Positions 47,794 to 57,343 of a DNA stretch of 64,000 nt are shown here, piece by piece; within the stretch, counting starts at the first letter, position 1; each line of letters starts with the position of its first letter. This DNA comes from a virus. Where the stretch lies: positions 2,749 to 66,748 of the IMG/VR virus record IMGVR_UViG_3300021962_000091; one strand, given 5' to 3'. The position numbers and the translations under genes were made by a program. The notes beneath the pieces are model-generated. The model worked only from the letters and a program-made list of their open reading frames with translations, ran no database searches and had not been told where the DNA came from.

Positions 47794-47976
47794 TTATTTT
47801 TTACTGTAATGATTCTTGGCGTTATAGCCGTTCACGACAAAACTTCCGGCGGCGGGTTGCCGCACGACGGGCGCGTGACAGTGAGGGCACACGGCGTTTT
47901 CAGAGGCCGCATAGGAGGGAAAGAACAGCTCCGATGTGCGGTTGCATGTCGCGCAGAAAAAATCCCACAGAGGCAT
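47794..47976 (-). CDS. FmdB-family zinc-ribbon protein, 60 aa
   Basis: MPLWDFFCATC...CPHC...F...GY....Y. Confidence 0.75.
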   Translation of the reverse strand: MPLWDFFCATCNRTSELFFPSYAASENAVCPHCHAPVVRQPAAGSFVVNGYNAKNHYSKK

Positions 47977-47977
47977 A

Positions 47978-48181
47978 TTAGCGTCCGTCGTTCATGCAAT
48001 GCCACGCCGAATAGCACACCTTTGAACAAAACACATGCGTGTCCCACTCGCCAGTTTTTTCATTGATGTACTGATAATTCATCGGTTGATCTTTGCTGTT
48101 ACTTTTCGCGCGGCCACAAAATTCACAATCACGAAATGCATTACCGTGTACAGAACGACGTGTCAAAGTTTCAGTTGCCAT
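47978..48181 (-). CDS. Small Cys-rich (CxxC...FCSxxC) metal-binding protein
   Basis: GAGGAG RBS before MATETL at 48181; CEFC and FCSKVC. Confidence 0.55.
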   Translation of the reverse strand: MATETLTRRSVHGNAFRDCEFCGRAKSNSKDQPMNYQYINEKTGEWDTHVFCSKVCYSAWHCMNDGR

Positions 48182-48221
48182 GATACTCCTCAAAAAATCA
48201 CAGGTGCATAGTATATCAAAA

Positions 48222-49118
48222 TTATTCGAATTTGCGAAGAAGATGTTCGGGAACGTCAGTGCGGTTACGACTGTTCGGCTCGGAGGCAATACTGAAAGAT
48301 TGCTCTTCTGCCGATAGTATTGTGGGTGGTAAGACTGAAGACGAGGGGGCATCCAACGTATTGCGAGTGAAAAGAATATTTGCGGCAAGTAATAGCATGA
48401 TGGCCAAGGGGTCAAACACTGATATCAGAATGAGGGTAAGCCAGACCACCGATTGGCGCACGGTTTCAACGTCGTCGGTGCCGTAGAGTGTTTGCGCCAC
48501 ATACCGAAGCGGTCCAATATCTGCGGTGGCTTTGTTTGATTCCGTTTCTGTGGTCACGCGCTCTTGCTGCACGGCACTCAGTTGGGCATTCAGCCCTCGA
48601 AGCTCATCAAATAACACATTACGGCGATTGGCGTTTTCTCGTTGCACATTTACCGCGCCCTGCGCCGTGGTTAATCGTTGTGTCGCCGTTAATTGTGAAA
48701 TGATCGACGTAGATTGTTCGTTCAGGATTTTAATCTCAGTGTTTATTTGGTCTATCTGACTTTTGAGTTGTCCTTCTCGCTGACGAATTTCGTCTAACGT
48801 AAGTTGCGCCGTCATATAGGTGCTTTCGCTCTCGACGTGCGCGCGAGTCAGATACCCAAAAATGCCCATTGATGTAATGAGCATAAGCACAATCGTCGCG
48901 GTATAAAAATATAAACGGATCCACCGTCCCGCAAGATAACGATATCGGTACATCCACGAAACGGCCACCAGTTTCGAGAGTTCCAATATACTCGCCAAGA
49001 CAATGACCGGCACAAACGCACCAGAAAAAATCATTGCCAACCCGATCACCGAATAGAATCCCGCGACGGCCGAAAGTGCAAGACCTGTGCCAAAGGTTAA
49101 CCAGGCAAATTTACGCAT
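48222..49118 (-). CDS. Membrane protein with a central coiled coil, 298 aa
   Basis: Three N-terminal TM segments, LMLITSMGIFGYL, a coiled coil, then IGPLRYVA...VFDPLAI and a TM segment. Confidence 0.75.
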   Translation of the reverse strand: MRKFAWLTFGTGLALSAVAGFYSVIGLAMIFSGAFVPVIVLASILELSKLVAVSWMYRYRYLAGRWIRLYFYTATIVLMLITSMGIFGYLTRAHVESESTYMTAQLTLDEIRQREGQLKSQIDQINTEIKILNEQSTSIISQLTATQRLTTAQGAVNVQRENANRRNVLFDELRGLNAQLSAVQQERVTTETESNKATADIGPLRYVAQTLYGTDDVETVRQSVVWLTLILISVFDPLAIMLLLAANILFTRNTLDAPSSSVLPPTILSAEEQSFSIASEPNSRNRTDVPEHLLRKFE

Positions 49119-49171
49119 ATAAGATATTTAGGGATATTCGGCAACCAACAGACGTTGGCGGGTGGGAGTAA

Positions 49172-49588
49172 TTACCGTTGACCACCGCGTCGAATTGGAG
49201 GCGTCGGAATCACCGCTGGACAGGGATCCGGCGAATCACACGCACCGAGCCACGCACGGTCATCGACCTGACCCTGACCCCCACGTCCCCCACGACCCGC
49301 AGGAGGACGAGGAACCGCGACGGACGGGGGTGCGGTGCGCGGACGCCGCATCGCAGGAGGCATATTCGGTATGCCGCGGCGCAGACCGGGGGTCGGTACA
49401 CAAATCCAGCCGGTCTCCCAGTAGGACGAAATCCAAACCCACTGACACGGTGGTGCCGGCACGTGGCGATGGGCGCTCGGCCGATAGGCGATATCGACAT
49501 ACGCATCCGTGTGGACGCGCAGACCCGCACACGCAGACGAGAGCACGAGGGTGGTGAGCAATGTGGCGAACAGCAAACGTGAGGTCAT
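49172..49588 (-). CDS. Putative lipoprotein, 138 aa
   Basis: Signal peptide ending in an LSSAC lipobox-like motif; Pro/Arg-rich; overlapping alternative frames make the call uncertain. Confidence 0.45.
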   Translation of the reverse strand: MTSRLLFATLLTTLVLSSACAGLRVHTDAYVDIAYRPSAHRHVPAPPCQWVWISSYWETGWICVPTPGLRRGIPNMPPAMRRPRTAPPSVAVPRPPAGRGGRGGQGQVDDRAWLGACDSPDPCPAVIPTPPIRRGGQR

Positions 49589-49619
49589 ACAGGTGCCCTT
49601 ATTATTGAAGAATATAATG

Positions 49620-50108
49620 TTACTTCACATCAACCGGAATAACTTTTCCAGACGGACCAATCAGCGACTTGATAGCGGGATGATTCTTGACCTTCTCGAC
49701 CGCTTGCGTATCCGTAAGACGACCCGGGTTGTTCCACGCTGCCATGTGCAGACCCACCGTGCGATTGCTCGGAAAATACCAGAGTTCGACGGCGAGTGCG
49801 TTTGAAAAATTCACGGAGATTTTTTGCTCCCGTGCGGATTTCTGCACCGCTTGTTCCACGTTCATGTGGTCGTCGGAAGACGCAGACCAAATGAAGAGCT
49901 GCTTGTCGGTGACCCATCCGCGGCAATAATACGCGGTCGGCGCCGGCGCTCCGACAAAGTGGGCGTCTACCCGTATCTGTCGCTTTCGCGCAGCTTCAGC
50001 CACTTCATTGGACGTGGGGTCGATCCAAACTTCAGTATAGCCCATATAGCCGTGGCCTTCGTAGCCATCGAAGAACTTTTCTGTGAGAAACTCTTTGAAT
50101 GACCGCAT
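49620..50108 (-). CDS. Putative internal head protein (N-terminus MRSFKEFLTE)
   Basis: The N-terminus resembles the T4 capsid-targeting sequence; start corrected to ATG 50108. Confidence 0.6.
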   Translation of the reverse strand: MRSFKEFLTEKFFDGYEGHGYMGYTEVWIDPTSNEVAEAARKRQIRVDAHFVGAPAPTAYYCRGWVTDKQLFIWSASSDDHMNVEQAVQKSAREQKISVNFSNALAVELWYFPSNRTVGLHMAAWNNPGRLTDTQAVEKVKNHPAIKSLIGPSGKVIPVDVK

Positions 50109-50109
50109 G

Positions 50110-50367
50110 TTACTTCCAATCTTTCGTTTTCCTATAATGCGTGGCGTGCACCGCGTTCCAGTAGCGGGTGAAGTGTGCAAACGACGACTCCCATCGTTTG
50201 TCCATCGGCAGACCGTGCGTGTCCATGCCACCCTTGACGGATGCGCGATAGACCTCGGTGCCGATTTTCCAGAACCCTTTGCCGTCGCCGTGATGCGGAT
50301 CTTTCGGGACCGCAATCAACACGGCGTTTTGACTCGCTTCGTGAAGATACTCGTGAAAGGTGATCAT
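50110..50367 (-). CDS. Putative internal head protein (N-terminus MITFHEYLHEA)
   Basis: Capsid-targeting-like N-terminus at ATG 50367. Confidence 0.55.
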   Translation of the reverse strand: MITFHEYLHEASQNAVLIAVPKDPHHGDGKGFWKIGTEVYRASVKGGMDTHGLPMDKRWESSFAHFTRYWNAVHATHYRKTKDWK

Positions 50368-50368
50368 C

Positions 50369-50479
50369 TTACGCATCCACGCTCGTGGGGTTGATCCAGA
50401 CTTCAGTATAGCCCATGTAGCCGTGGCCTTCGTAGCCGTCGAAGAACTTTTCTGTGAGGAACTCTTTGAAAGACCGCAT
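50369..50479 (-). CDS. 36-aa truncated duplicate of the 49620..50108 N-terminus
   Basis: MRSFKEFLTEKFFDGYEGHGYMGYTEVWINPTSVDA*, with an AAGGA RBS; found by manual translation. Confidence 0.5.
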   Translation of the reverse strand: MRSFKEFLTEKFFDGYEGHGYMGYTEVWINPTSVDA

Positions 50480-50497
50480 ATTATTTCCTTTGTGTGG

Positions 50498-52888
50498 TTA
50501 GCGGAGAGTATAGCCCATGTCCTTGAGTACCGCGACATGGGAGAGCGGATTGTTAATGTCGGTCAGTGTGTTACGCGGTTCCGTTGTACCACGCGTAGAC
50601 GCTGGCAGTTCTGTCCACGAGACTGGCGCGGTGCCGGTAGCATCCGCCGGAAACACGTACGTTTCCCATCCCGTATGCGGCACATGAGTCGTGGAGAGAA
50701 TGACGTACTGATAGGAACGGTTGCGGTGGTCGTGTGGATTCTTGTAGGGCGGATCAAGTTTGTATTTTGCCGCCGTCGCCAACGTGAATTTCGGCAACTT
50801 CTGGTTGACGCGTGTAGCAGTATTCGTGTTCGTCGCCTCGCGCATTTCTTTCATGATCTTCACTTCAAGGCTGGGGTGCAGACGCTGATCGATATCGTCG
50901 TAGCGATAGAGCTTCATCGCATACGCGAGAGCTTTATCCAGTGCCGCTTTTGCGGATTTTGCGTCGATGGTATAGGGTGTGCGCTTTGAACTCCATGATC
51001 CGCGCTCGTCCTGTACGGAAAAATCGATGAGAATACGATACCGTTCATTAATAGGAAACCCCGCCTCAGTCATCTTGCTCACGGAGGTATCTGACCACAT
51101 GCGACAGGACCAGTAGTTCGCCTTCCACTTGGGACCGGGGTCCGAGCAGTTGTGCCGATCGCGATACGCTTTACGGCGGTCAGGGTCATCCCGCTTGATT
51201 TCCATGTTGGGGTCACCGAAGCCGAGCTTGATGACGTTGCCCTTGTCGTTCTGCACATACACGTAGAACTTGTGCTTTCCGTCACTGCTCCGAAACGGAT
51301 CGTTGAGCGTGACTTTACGCCCTTGATATTCGGCTTCTTCGAGCGGCTGCACACTTTCCCCGATCGGCTTTCCAGAGCTATCCAGAAAATCCACATTCAG
51401 TAGAATGACTTCTTCTTTGGGATGACGCTTTCGCAGATACGCTAAGACGGCCGACTCCGAACGTGCTTGTGGGCGCGCCAAGTTAGAGACCGCCAAGACT
51501 GAACGTGTCTGCGCCATTGACCCACCCGCTTTTCCGTGCATATAGTCTACCACAACACGACTAATCGGTTTCTTGGGAACGCTCAGAGCTTCCTTGACGG
51601 GTTCATCGCATCCACAATCCTCGGTGGTGTAGGCATCAGTCCAGCGAACATCTTCGTCATACACATCATCGCTATCTTTGCCCCATATCTTGCCTTTGTT
51701 CTTCTTGATGCAGGCATCACACACGCGGGCGCCGAGCTTGAGTTCACGCGGAGAGAGTTTCTTCTTGCACTGCTGGCAGGTCGTAATCTTTTCCCACGCG
51801 TCACTGAGGGAGAGAAGTTCTGTAAGAGCAACCGCTTCCTTTAACTTCTCAATACTATCGCCCCCCGACCCTCCCGAAAAGCGAATGGCGGCGTATTGGT
51901 CATCTGAGGCATTAATGACAATCGAATCACGCCGAGCACCAAACACGGTAATCGGTTTATCCAACTTGACATAAAAGATTTGGATTTTGTGATTTATCGA
52001 ATGGGGTCGTTGGTCGTACACTTTTCCCGTGAACGGGAACTGGTTCATATAGCGACCTTTGACACGATCCCCTGTCTCGATCTGGTGAATGCTGGGCTTC
52101 GCCGCTTCTTCGAGTTCACCCGGCGTATCCATCTTGTAAATTTTGGTGAGCGAGTCCGTGCCCCACTCGCGGTCGGCTGAGGTGTTTTCAGCAAGACGCG
52201 TTTCTAACCACTTGATCGCATCGTCTTCGTTGTTGTCCCAGCCGAGAAACGAATGCACTTTGGTCGTTCCCTCATACCCATACCAATTTCCCCAGGCATT
52301 TGAACGGACACTGATGCTTTTTCCCGACTTTGTTCGCCCGCGATATTCCATTTGACCCGCGCTTCCCATCACCTTACTGGTGTAGGGAGATTTCTTGGCT
52401 TCGTCAACTTTTGTGGAAAGATTCTCTTCGTTTTTTGGCACACAGTTCGGCACTTCTTTTCCGTCCTTCATTTTCATGCCAACCATTTCGTAGCCATCCC
52501 AACACGGCGCCGGAGCGATCTCTTCACTGACGTCTACTGTATCAGTTTTGACAGTGTTTGATGCGTACTCACCGCCGTGTTTTACATACCAGTCTACGGC
52601 AAACTTGGTCGATTCAGGAGTGGGATGATCGGGATATTCGTCCTTCGCCATCTCTTGGGCGGCGGCCCACAGCTCGACATCCAGCGGTGTCTGTTCTTCC
52701 GTGAGGCCACTCGGCACCAGTTCTTTGGGAACGTGGAGTTCGGCTTTTTGCTGGTCCTGCGTCCGCTTCTTCTTTCGCGCCCGCATGTCCACACCGGGTT
52801 CGCCGTCGGGCCCGACACCGATACCAGCAATCTGACCAGACCCCGCGCTCATGGTGGGAACATCTTCGTGTAGTTTGAATGATTTCAT
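50498..52888 (-). CDS. Multi-module putative internal head protein (start ATG 52888, MKSFKLHE)
   Basis: Modules such as PCWDGYEMVGMK...VPNCVP, REWGTDSLTKIYK.DTPG and EAEYQGRKVTLN.P...KF.VYV...FGDP...RHNC...YWSC, separated by (L/V/M)xEA motifs. Confidence 0.65.
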   Translation of the reverse strand: MKSFKLHEDVPTMSAGSGQIAGIGVGPDGEPGVDMRARKKKRTQDQQKAELHVPKELVPSGLTEEQTPLDVELWAAAQEMAKDEYPDHPTPESTKFAVDWYVKHGGEYASNTVKTDTVDVSEEIAPAPCWDGYEMVGMKMKDGKEVPNCVPKNEENLSTKVDEAKKSPYTSKVMGSAGQMEYRGRTKSGKSISVRSNAWGNWYGYEGTTKVHSFLGWDNNEDDAIKWLETRLAENTSADREWGTDSLTKIYKMDTPGELEEAAKPSIHQIETGDRVKGRYMNQFPFTGKVYDQRPHSINHKIQIFYVKLDKPITVFGARRDSIVINASDDQYAAIRFSGGSGGDSIEKLKEAVALTELLSLSDAWEKITTCQQCKKKLSPRELKLGARVCDACIKKNKGKIWGKDSDDVYDEDVRWTDAYTTEDCGCDEPVKEALSVPKKPISRVVVDYMHGKAGGSMAQTRSVLAVSNLARPQARSESAVLAYLRKRHPKEEVILLNVDFLDSSGKPIGESVQPLEEAEYQGRKVTLNDPFRSSDGKHKFYVYVQNDKGNVIKLGFGDPNMEIKRDDPDRRKAYRDRHNCSDPGPKWKANYWSCRMWSDTSVSKMTEAGFPINERYRILIDFSVQDERGSWSSKRTPYTIDAKSAKAALDKALAYAMKLYRYDDIDQRLHPSLEVKIMKEMREATNTNTATRVNQKLPKFTLATAAKYKLDPPYKNPHDHRNRSYQYVILSTTHVPHTGWETYVFPADATGTAPVSWTELPASTRGTTEPRNTLTDINNPLSHVAVLKDMGYTLR

Positions 52889-52899
52889 ATGTGCCTCGT

Positions 52900-54066
52900 T
52901 TAGACCCACAAGTAGTTGGTGCGACCGTAGGTGCGACTCGCGGCTAACGGTTTCTTTTCCGCAGGTTTCTTTTCCGACTTTTCGGCACCTTCCGCACTCG
53001 CGCCCATGCCCTTCCGTTCAAGACCATACTTGTCGCCAAACGCATTCGACGCATCGACGAGTTCCTCGATGTCCATGTTGATCTTGATCACCGGCACGTC
53101 GGTCGGTGTTTTTTCTCCTCGCATCACATCATAGGTGGCGAGCGCCGCCCACCGATGGTGCCCGTCGAGCACATACCCGTCGTTAGACACAATCAGCGGT
53201 TGACGGAGCGGATGCTTCGGATCTTTGGTCGCTTCATTCGAATACAACGCCCACGCCATGCCTGCGACCTTATCCGCATTCAGTTGGTTCTGCGTGGCCT
53301 TCATCTCTGTCGCGGGCATACTTTCACCGCGAGTGACTTCGACGCCCTGTTTGCCAAGATATTCAAGGAACGCATTCTCCGCGTTGATTTCCACATCTTT
53401 CGGGTCGATACCCTTTTTCTTGGCTTCTTCTTCCGCTTTCTTCCATGCGGGCGTGCCTGGCACCGCTTTGGTCTTGAGTTGCGGCATATTATCGCGGGGA
53501 ATTTCCTTGTTACCACTACAGAACAGGTTCGTGCCGGGAATACTGACCGCGCACAAATCATAACTCGGGGGCTTCGGAACGCCACGCTTCTTGACCTCGG
53601 CCTTGGCCGCGTCTTGAAGTTCCTCATCCGACATGTTCGGATTCTTTTGCTTGAGTTCGGTTGCTGCGGCCTTGACGGCGGTCAGATAATCGGCGGATGC
53701 TTTTCCGAGTTGCGCCATGCGGGTCGCCAGTCGCTTTTCGGCTTTGGGTTTAGTTCCAATCGCTTGTTCGGGAGACTCGGGACCGATATCCTTAGGAACG
53801 CGAATTTTCTTCACGGACGCGACCGCGGCCGGATCCGCCTTTTTATTAGCCTTGAGTTCTTTTTTTCCTTGCGCGGCACGTGCTTTTTGGCGTCCTGACT
53901 CAAAGTCTTGAATGTCTTTGTGCGAGAGATTCGGCTTGACCAGTTCATGCTTGACTGGATTGACTCGCTTGACTATGTAGGTTGCCCCCGACACTTTGTT
54001 GGTGACCAAATCATCTTCTTGGAGCATTTGCTCCAATAAGGTATCGATAATTCGAAATGTGCCCAT
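52900..54066 (-). CDS. ParB/Srx-like domain protein, 388 aa
   Basis: MKATQ...PLIVSNDGYVLDGHHRWAA; IPRDNMPQL. Confidence 0.7.
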   Translation of the reverse strand: MGTFRIIDTLLEQMLQEDDLVTNKVSGATYIVKRVNPVKHELVKPNLSHKDIQDFESGRQKARAAQGKKELKANKKADPAAVASVKKIRVPKDIGPESPEQAIGTKPKAEKRLATRMAQLGKASADYLTAVKAAATELKQKNPNMSDEELQDAAKAEVKKRGVPKPPSYDLCAVSIPGTNLFCSGNKEIPRDNMPQLKTKAVPGTPAWKKAEEEAKKKGIDPKDVEINAENAFLEYLGKQGVEVTRGESMPATEMKATQNQLNADKVAGMAWALYSNEATKDPKHPLRQPLIVSNDGYVLDGHHRWAALATYDVMRGEKTPTDVPVIKINMDIEELVDASNAFGDKYGLERKGMGASAEGAEKSEKKPAEKKPLAASRTYGRTNYLWV

Positions 54067-54089
54067 ATTCGTATCTATCCTCGCAAAAA

Positions 54090-56150
54090 TTAACGGCGGC
54101 CCTTTGCTTGCTGTGCTTGTTGGCGTTTGATTTGCTGCTGACGAATTTTTTCTTCAGCATCTTTTTCCTGCTGCACGGCCTTTTCACGTTCCTGACGGAG
54201 AGCTAACTGATCTTTTTCGAGGGCTTGTCGTTGACGCAGGGTATCCATGCCCGAGGGTGCGCTCCCTTCGGCTTCGCCCAGACCGAGCTTCTTCAGCGTT
54301 ATCGGTGCGAGCTTCCCTTTGAGAAGTTTCTCGTCCCAGTTGATGCCCATGTGCTTCGCGAGCTTGAGCATCTTTGCACCGAGCGCCCAGCCTTCGTTCG
54401 TGTGACTCCCCTGTAACCACACACGAATCGCTTGATTGACGATGGACTCGGGCGACCCCCCAGAAATTTTGATATCGGGAGCTATTTGACCTGTCCCCTT
54501 GACGCTGCCCAGTGACTTTGCAATCACCATCGCGGCTTGCAACCGCATCGGAACGACAGGATCTTCGGCTTCCTTGAGCGGCTCGTCTTCATGCGAGACA
54601 ATCGGGTCAGACTCTTCGAACATCATGTAGTCCAGAATGGCCGTGATATCGGCAATCGCGGTTGCGACTTTGGTCTGAATCCACGCAGGAATATCACGAT
54701 GGTCGGCCGTCTTTAATAGCTCATGAATCGTGGCCGACTTGGTCGCCAGTGCATGAAGCTGTGAGGACATCATGTCTTGGTCATCCGACGCACGGTACGA
54801 TTCCGCTTCCGTCATCGTATCGACTTCAAATGACTTCATCGTTTCGGTCTTCGCGCTGTAGCCCGCATCGACGGCCTTAAAGAAGTCATCCTTTTTGTCG
54901 TCGGGAATATCAGCGGGGGAGTCGTAGCCGTGCTTCTTCAACTGCGCACGGAAGTATTCCTGATACTTGGTGTCCTCTTCTTTTAGTGCGGTCAGTTGAC
55001 GATAGTATTTCTGGTGCAACTGATCGACCACGTTCACGAGACTCTTATATTTACCGACATTAATTCCACCTTCCTTCTCGCGAATCTTATATAACTTCTC
55101 AACGACGGCGATTTCCTGTGGAGTGCCGAACAAACGGGCGAGGAGCAGCGCATTGCCGGTGTGGTCGTTTTCGGCTTCGTTTTGACGGTAGACGCGCACC
55201 AACACGGCTTTGGGGATATCGACCGCTTCTTGGAGCGAGACATTCTTGATGGGGGCTTTGATAATACGGTCACCCCACTTGGCGATCGGGTCATTATTGA
55301 ATCGCACGGACTTATCTTTATTGACATTTACATACACATAGTTGCCGTCAATCTTGTCCACGCGACCCGAGAATCCGGCACCACCCTTGACGGCAAGTCC
55401 AGCGTGCACATAATCTCCGACCTTGAGTGGTCGCTCGACAGCCTCACCCATCGCTTGCTTGGTCGCGGTCGCATACATGACTTCCTTCCAGCGGTCGCCG
55501 TAGCGATCCTTGAAGTCCGCTTCCTTGTCCTTCATGGACTTGACGATCTCTTCGCGCTTCTTCATCTGCGCGTCGGTCATCTCGGCTTCGGTGATGGCGG
55601 CGCCCGGCTTGAACACCTTCACGATTCTTCCGCCCTGATTCTCAACCGAGATGGTCGCTTTCGGATGTTCCTTACGCGCCATTTTGGCAGCTAATCCAAT
55701 TTCATTTTTGGCTAATCCCCACATCTGCCACACCACTTTTTGTTCGGGGGTATGTCCGGAGCCTTGTTTCCACACGGGTGAGGGGTCATCAATCGCCATC
55801 ACCGCAAAGGTTTCGGGCGCTTCCATCAGGGCGGATTCGACCACCGGAGACTCGGGGTGTACACGATCCACAGGAACTTTGACGGATTCATATTCGCCAG
55901 TGTCAATGACATAGAAGGGCCATCCACCCGTTCGCACGCCTGGAACATACCCACCCTTATCAAACCGCACGACTTTTCCGCTCACCATGCGACCCCGATG
56001 CGGCACGCGCACACGCGTTCCCTTAGACAGAATCGGTGAACGGGGAGTGAGGCGATCCGCATTCCCGAACCCCGGGCTGTAGTGCGCTTCCCGTAAATTT
56101 GACGGCGATTCCTGACGAATAAGTTCAGACCACAGCGGAAATTCAGACAT
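54090..56150 (-). CDS. Multi-module putative internal head/prohead core protein, 686 aa
   Basis: AGGAG RBS; modules such as KREEIVKSMK....FK.RYG.....VMYATATK, Y..YF...LKK.G..SP.D....KK..FF..VD and PAWIQ.K, separated by xxEA motifs. Confidence 0.65.
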   Translation of the reverse strand: MSEFPLWSELIRQESPSNLREAHYSPGFGNADRLTPRSPILSKGTRVRVPHRGRMVSGKVVRFDKGGYVPGVRTGGWPFYVIDTGEYESVKVPVDRVHPESPVVESALMEAPETFAVMAIDDPSPVWKQGSGHTPEQKVVWQMWGLAKNEIGLAAKMARKEHPKATISVENQGGRIVKVFKPGAAITEAEMTDAQMKKREEIVKSMKDKEADFKDRYGDRWKEVMYATATKQAMGEAVERPLKVGDYVHAGLAVKGGAGFSGRVDKIDGNYVYVNVNKDKSVRFNNDPIAKWGDRIIKAPIKNVSLQEAVDIPKAVLVRVYRQNEAENDHTGNALLLARLFGTPQEIAVVEKLYKIREKEGGINVGKYKSLVNVVDQLHQKYYRQLTALKEEDTKYQEYFRAQLKKHGYDSPADIPDDKKDDFFKAVDAGYSAKTETMKSFEVDTMTEAESYRASDDQDMMSSQLHALATKSATIHELLKTADHRDIPAWIQTKVATAIADITAILDYMMFEESDPIVSHEDEPLKEAEDPVVPMRLQAAMVIAKSLGSVKGTGQIAPDIKISGGSPESIVNQAIRVWLQGSHTNEGWALGAKMLKLAKHMGINWDEKLLKGKLAPITLKKLGLGEAEGSAPSGMDTLRQRQALEKDQLALRQEREKAVQQEKDAEEKIRQQQIKRQQAQQAKGRR

Positions 56151-56220
56151 AGTAGCTCCTTGAGACCTGTCACATGACAGGGATGACGATTCTATGTCTT
56201 ATTTAGTGTTTAGAAAGAGT

Positions 56221-56460
56221 TTACCGCGACCACTTAGCCTTGGGGCACGCAGCGGGTCCGACCACGGGAGAGAATATCTTTTTATGTAATGGGCACCCAC
56301 ATGCCCCACACTTATAGCTATTTCGCGACGGGACTGCGGTTTTATATTCACAAGTATCACACACCGTCAATCGTTCCAGTGCAATCTCTTGTTGTTCCAC
56401 GGTTGGATTTGCGGCGCGATACCAGGCAATGGCAATCTCCCCTAAATCACTGAACCTCAC
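56221..56460 (-). CDS. Small Cys-rich protein (CxxC...CxxCGC...CPxxKW)
   Basis: Cys pattern common in large phages; ATGA overlap with the upstream gene. Confidence 0.7.
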   Translation of the reverse strand: MRFSDLGEIAIAWYRAANPTVEQQEIALERLTVCDTCEYKTAVPSRNSYKCGACGCPLHKKIFSPVVGPAACPKAKWSR

Positions 56461-56708
56461 TTTATGTTCCTCGCTTCCGTAAACGACATTTCATCAATCA
56501 ACATGATTGGGCCGTCGGTTTCAATCCATGCGCGGGCTCCACAGCTTAATTGACGACCAGTATACACAAGACGGCTCGGTCCATTGATATGCACTTCTCG
56601 CGCATACCGAGTGCTCCGTCCCGTTTTAATGGTATAGACGGGTCGGTTTTTTCCGTCCTTTGCATTCATCGCAATGTGCTGTCGATTCACATGAATGATG
56701 TGCCGCAT
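56457..56708 (-). CDS. Conserved phage hypothetical protein, 83 aa
   Basis: IHVN.H.I..N.K.G...PV.TIK......YA.EV.I.GP...VY....LSCGARAWIET. Confidence 0.7.
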   Translation of the reverse strand: MRHIIHVNRQHIAMNAKDGKNRPVYTIKTGRSTRYAREVHINGPSRLVYTGRQLSCGARAWIETDGPIMLIDEMSFTEARNIK

Positions 56709-56711
56709 AGA

Positions 56712-57338
56712 TTATGCTCGGGTTTTGGTATAGGCCCACTTCCGTGTGGTTTGCTGGTAGCATGACCATCCAAGTATTTGGAGATACGCATCAATTTCCG
56801 AGTGGTTATATAATGCCACGTCATCAAACACCCACACGGCTCCAAGAGGAGATCGCGAATGGAAAAAATCAATTTCTGTTTCAACGTGACGAACGGTATG
56901 GGGCCCATCAAAATGCACGAACGCATACTGATTGATAAGCTGTTTTTCTTCGTTGTATACCGGCACGCCATCTGCGAACCGAGTAAAAAATTCCGTATCC
57001 TCTAAGTTAAAGAAAAGAAACGGCATTTTCTGTATCCGACAATACAGATACATGTTGATAAGGCACATATTACGCATATCATTGGTGTAATCTAATTGTA
57101 ATACTTCACCCGCATCACCTTCGGGATATGCAATATGCCCATACGGATCAATTGCGATATGCGTTTTATTTTGCTGTGTGTTTCTGAGCGTTTCCATAAT
57201 ATGAAAACTGCCGCCCCCGCGACGTAGTCCAATTTCACACGTCAACCCCTCAATAGCAGCCACTTTTTCGACACCGGTGACTAATACGTCATAGTTATCG
57301 CTGTCGCATTCAAACTCGGGAACAATATCGACCTTCAT
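56712..57338 (-). CDS. Class I SAM-dependent methyltransferase (Methyltransf_24-like)
   Basis: CEIGLRRGGGS, IAIDPY, VHFDGPH, VFDD. Confidence 0.8.
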   Translation of the reverse strand: MKVDIVPEFECDSDNYDVLVTGVEKVAAIEGLTCEIGLRRGGGSFHIMETLRNTQQNKTHIAIDPYGHIAYPEGDAGEVLQLDYTNDMRNMCLINMYLYCRIQKMPFLFFNLEDTEFFTRFADGVPVYNEEKQLINQYAFVHFDGPHTVRHVETEIDFFHSRSPLGAVWVFDDVALYNHSEIDAYLQILGWSCYQQTTRKWAYTKTRA

Positions 57339-57343
57339 CTTAC

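Noticed and set aside
50010-50479. Repeat pair as a diversity-generating retroelement TR/VR
   Set aside because: The differences are mostly synonymous and not confined to adenines on one strand, the repeat is at the gene 5' end, and no reverse transcriptase is in the window.
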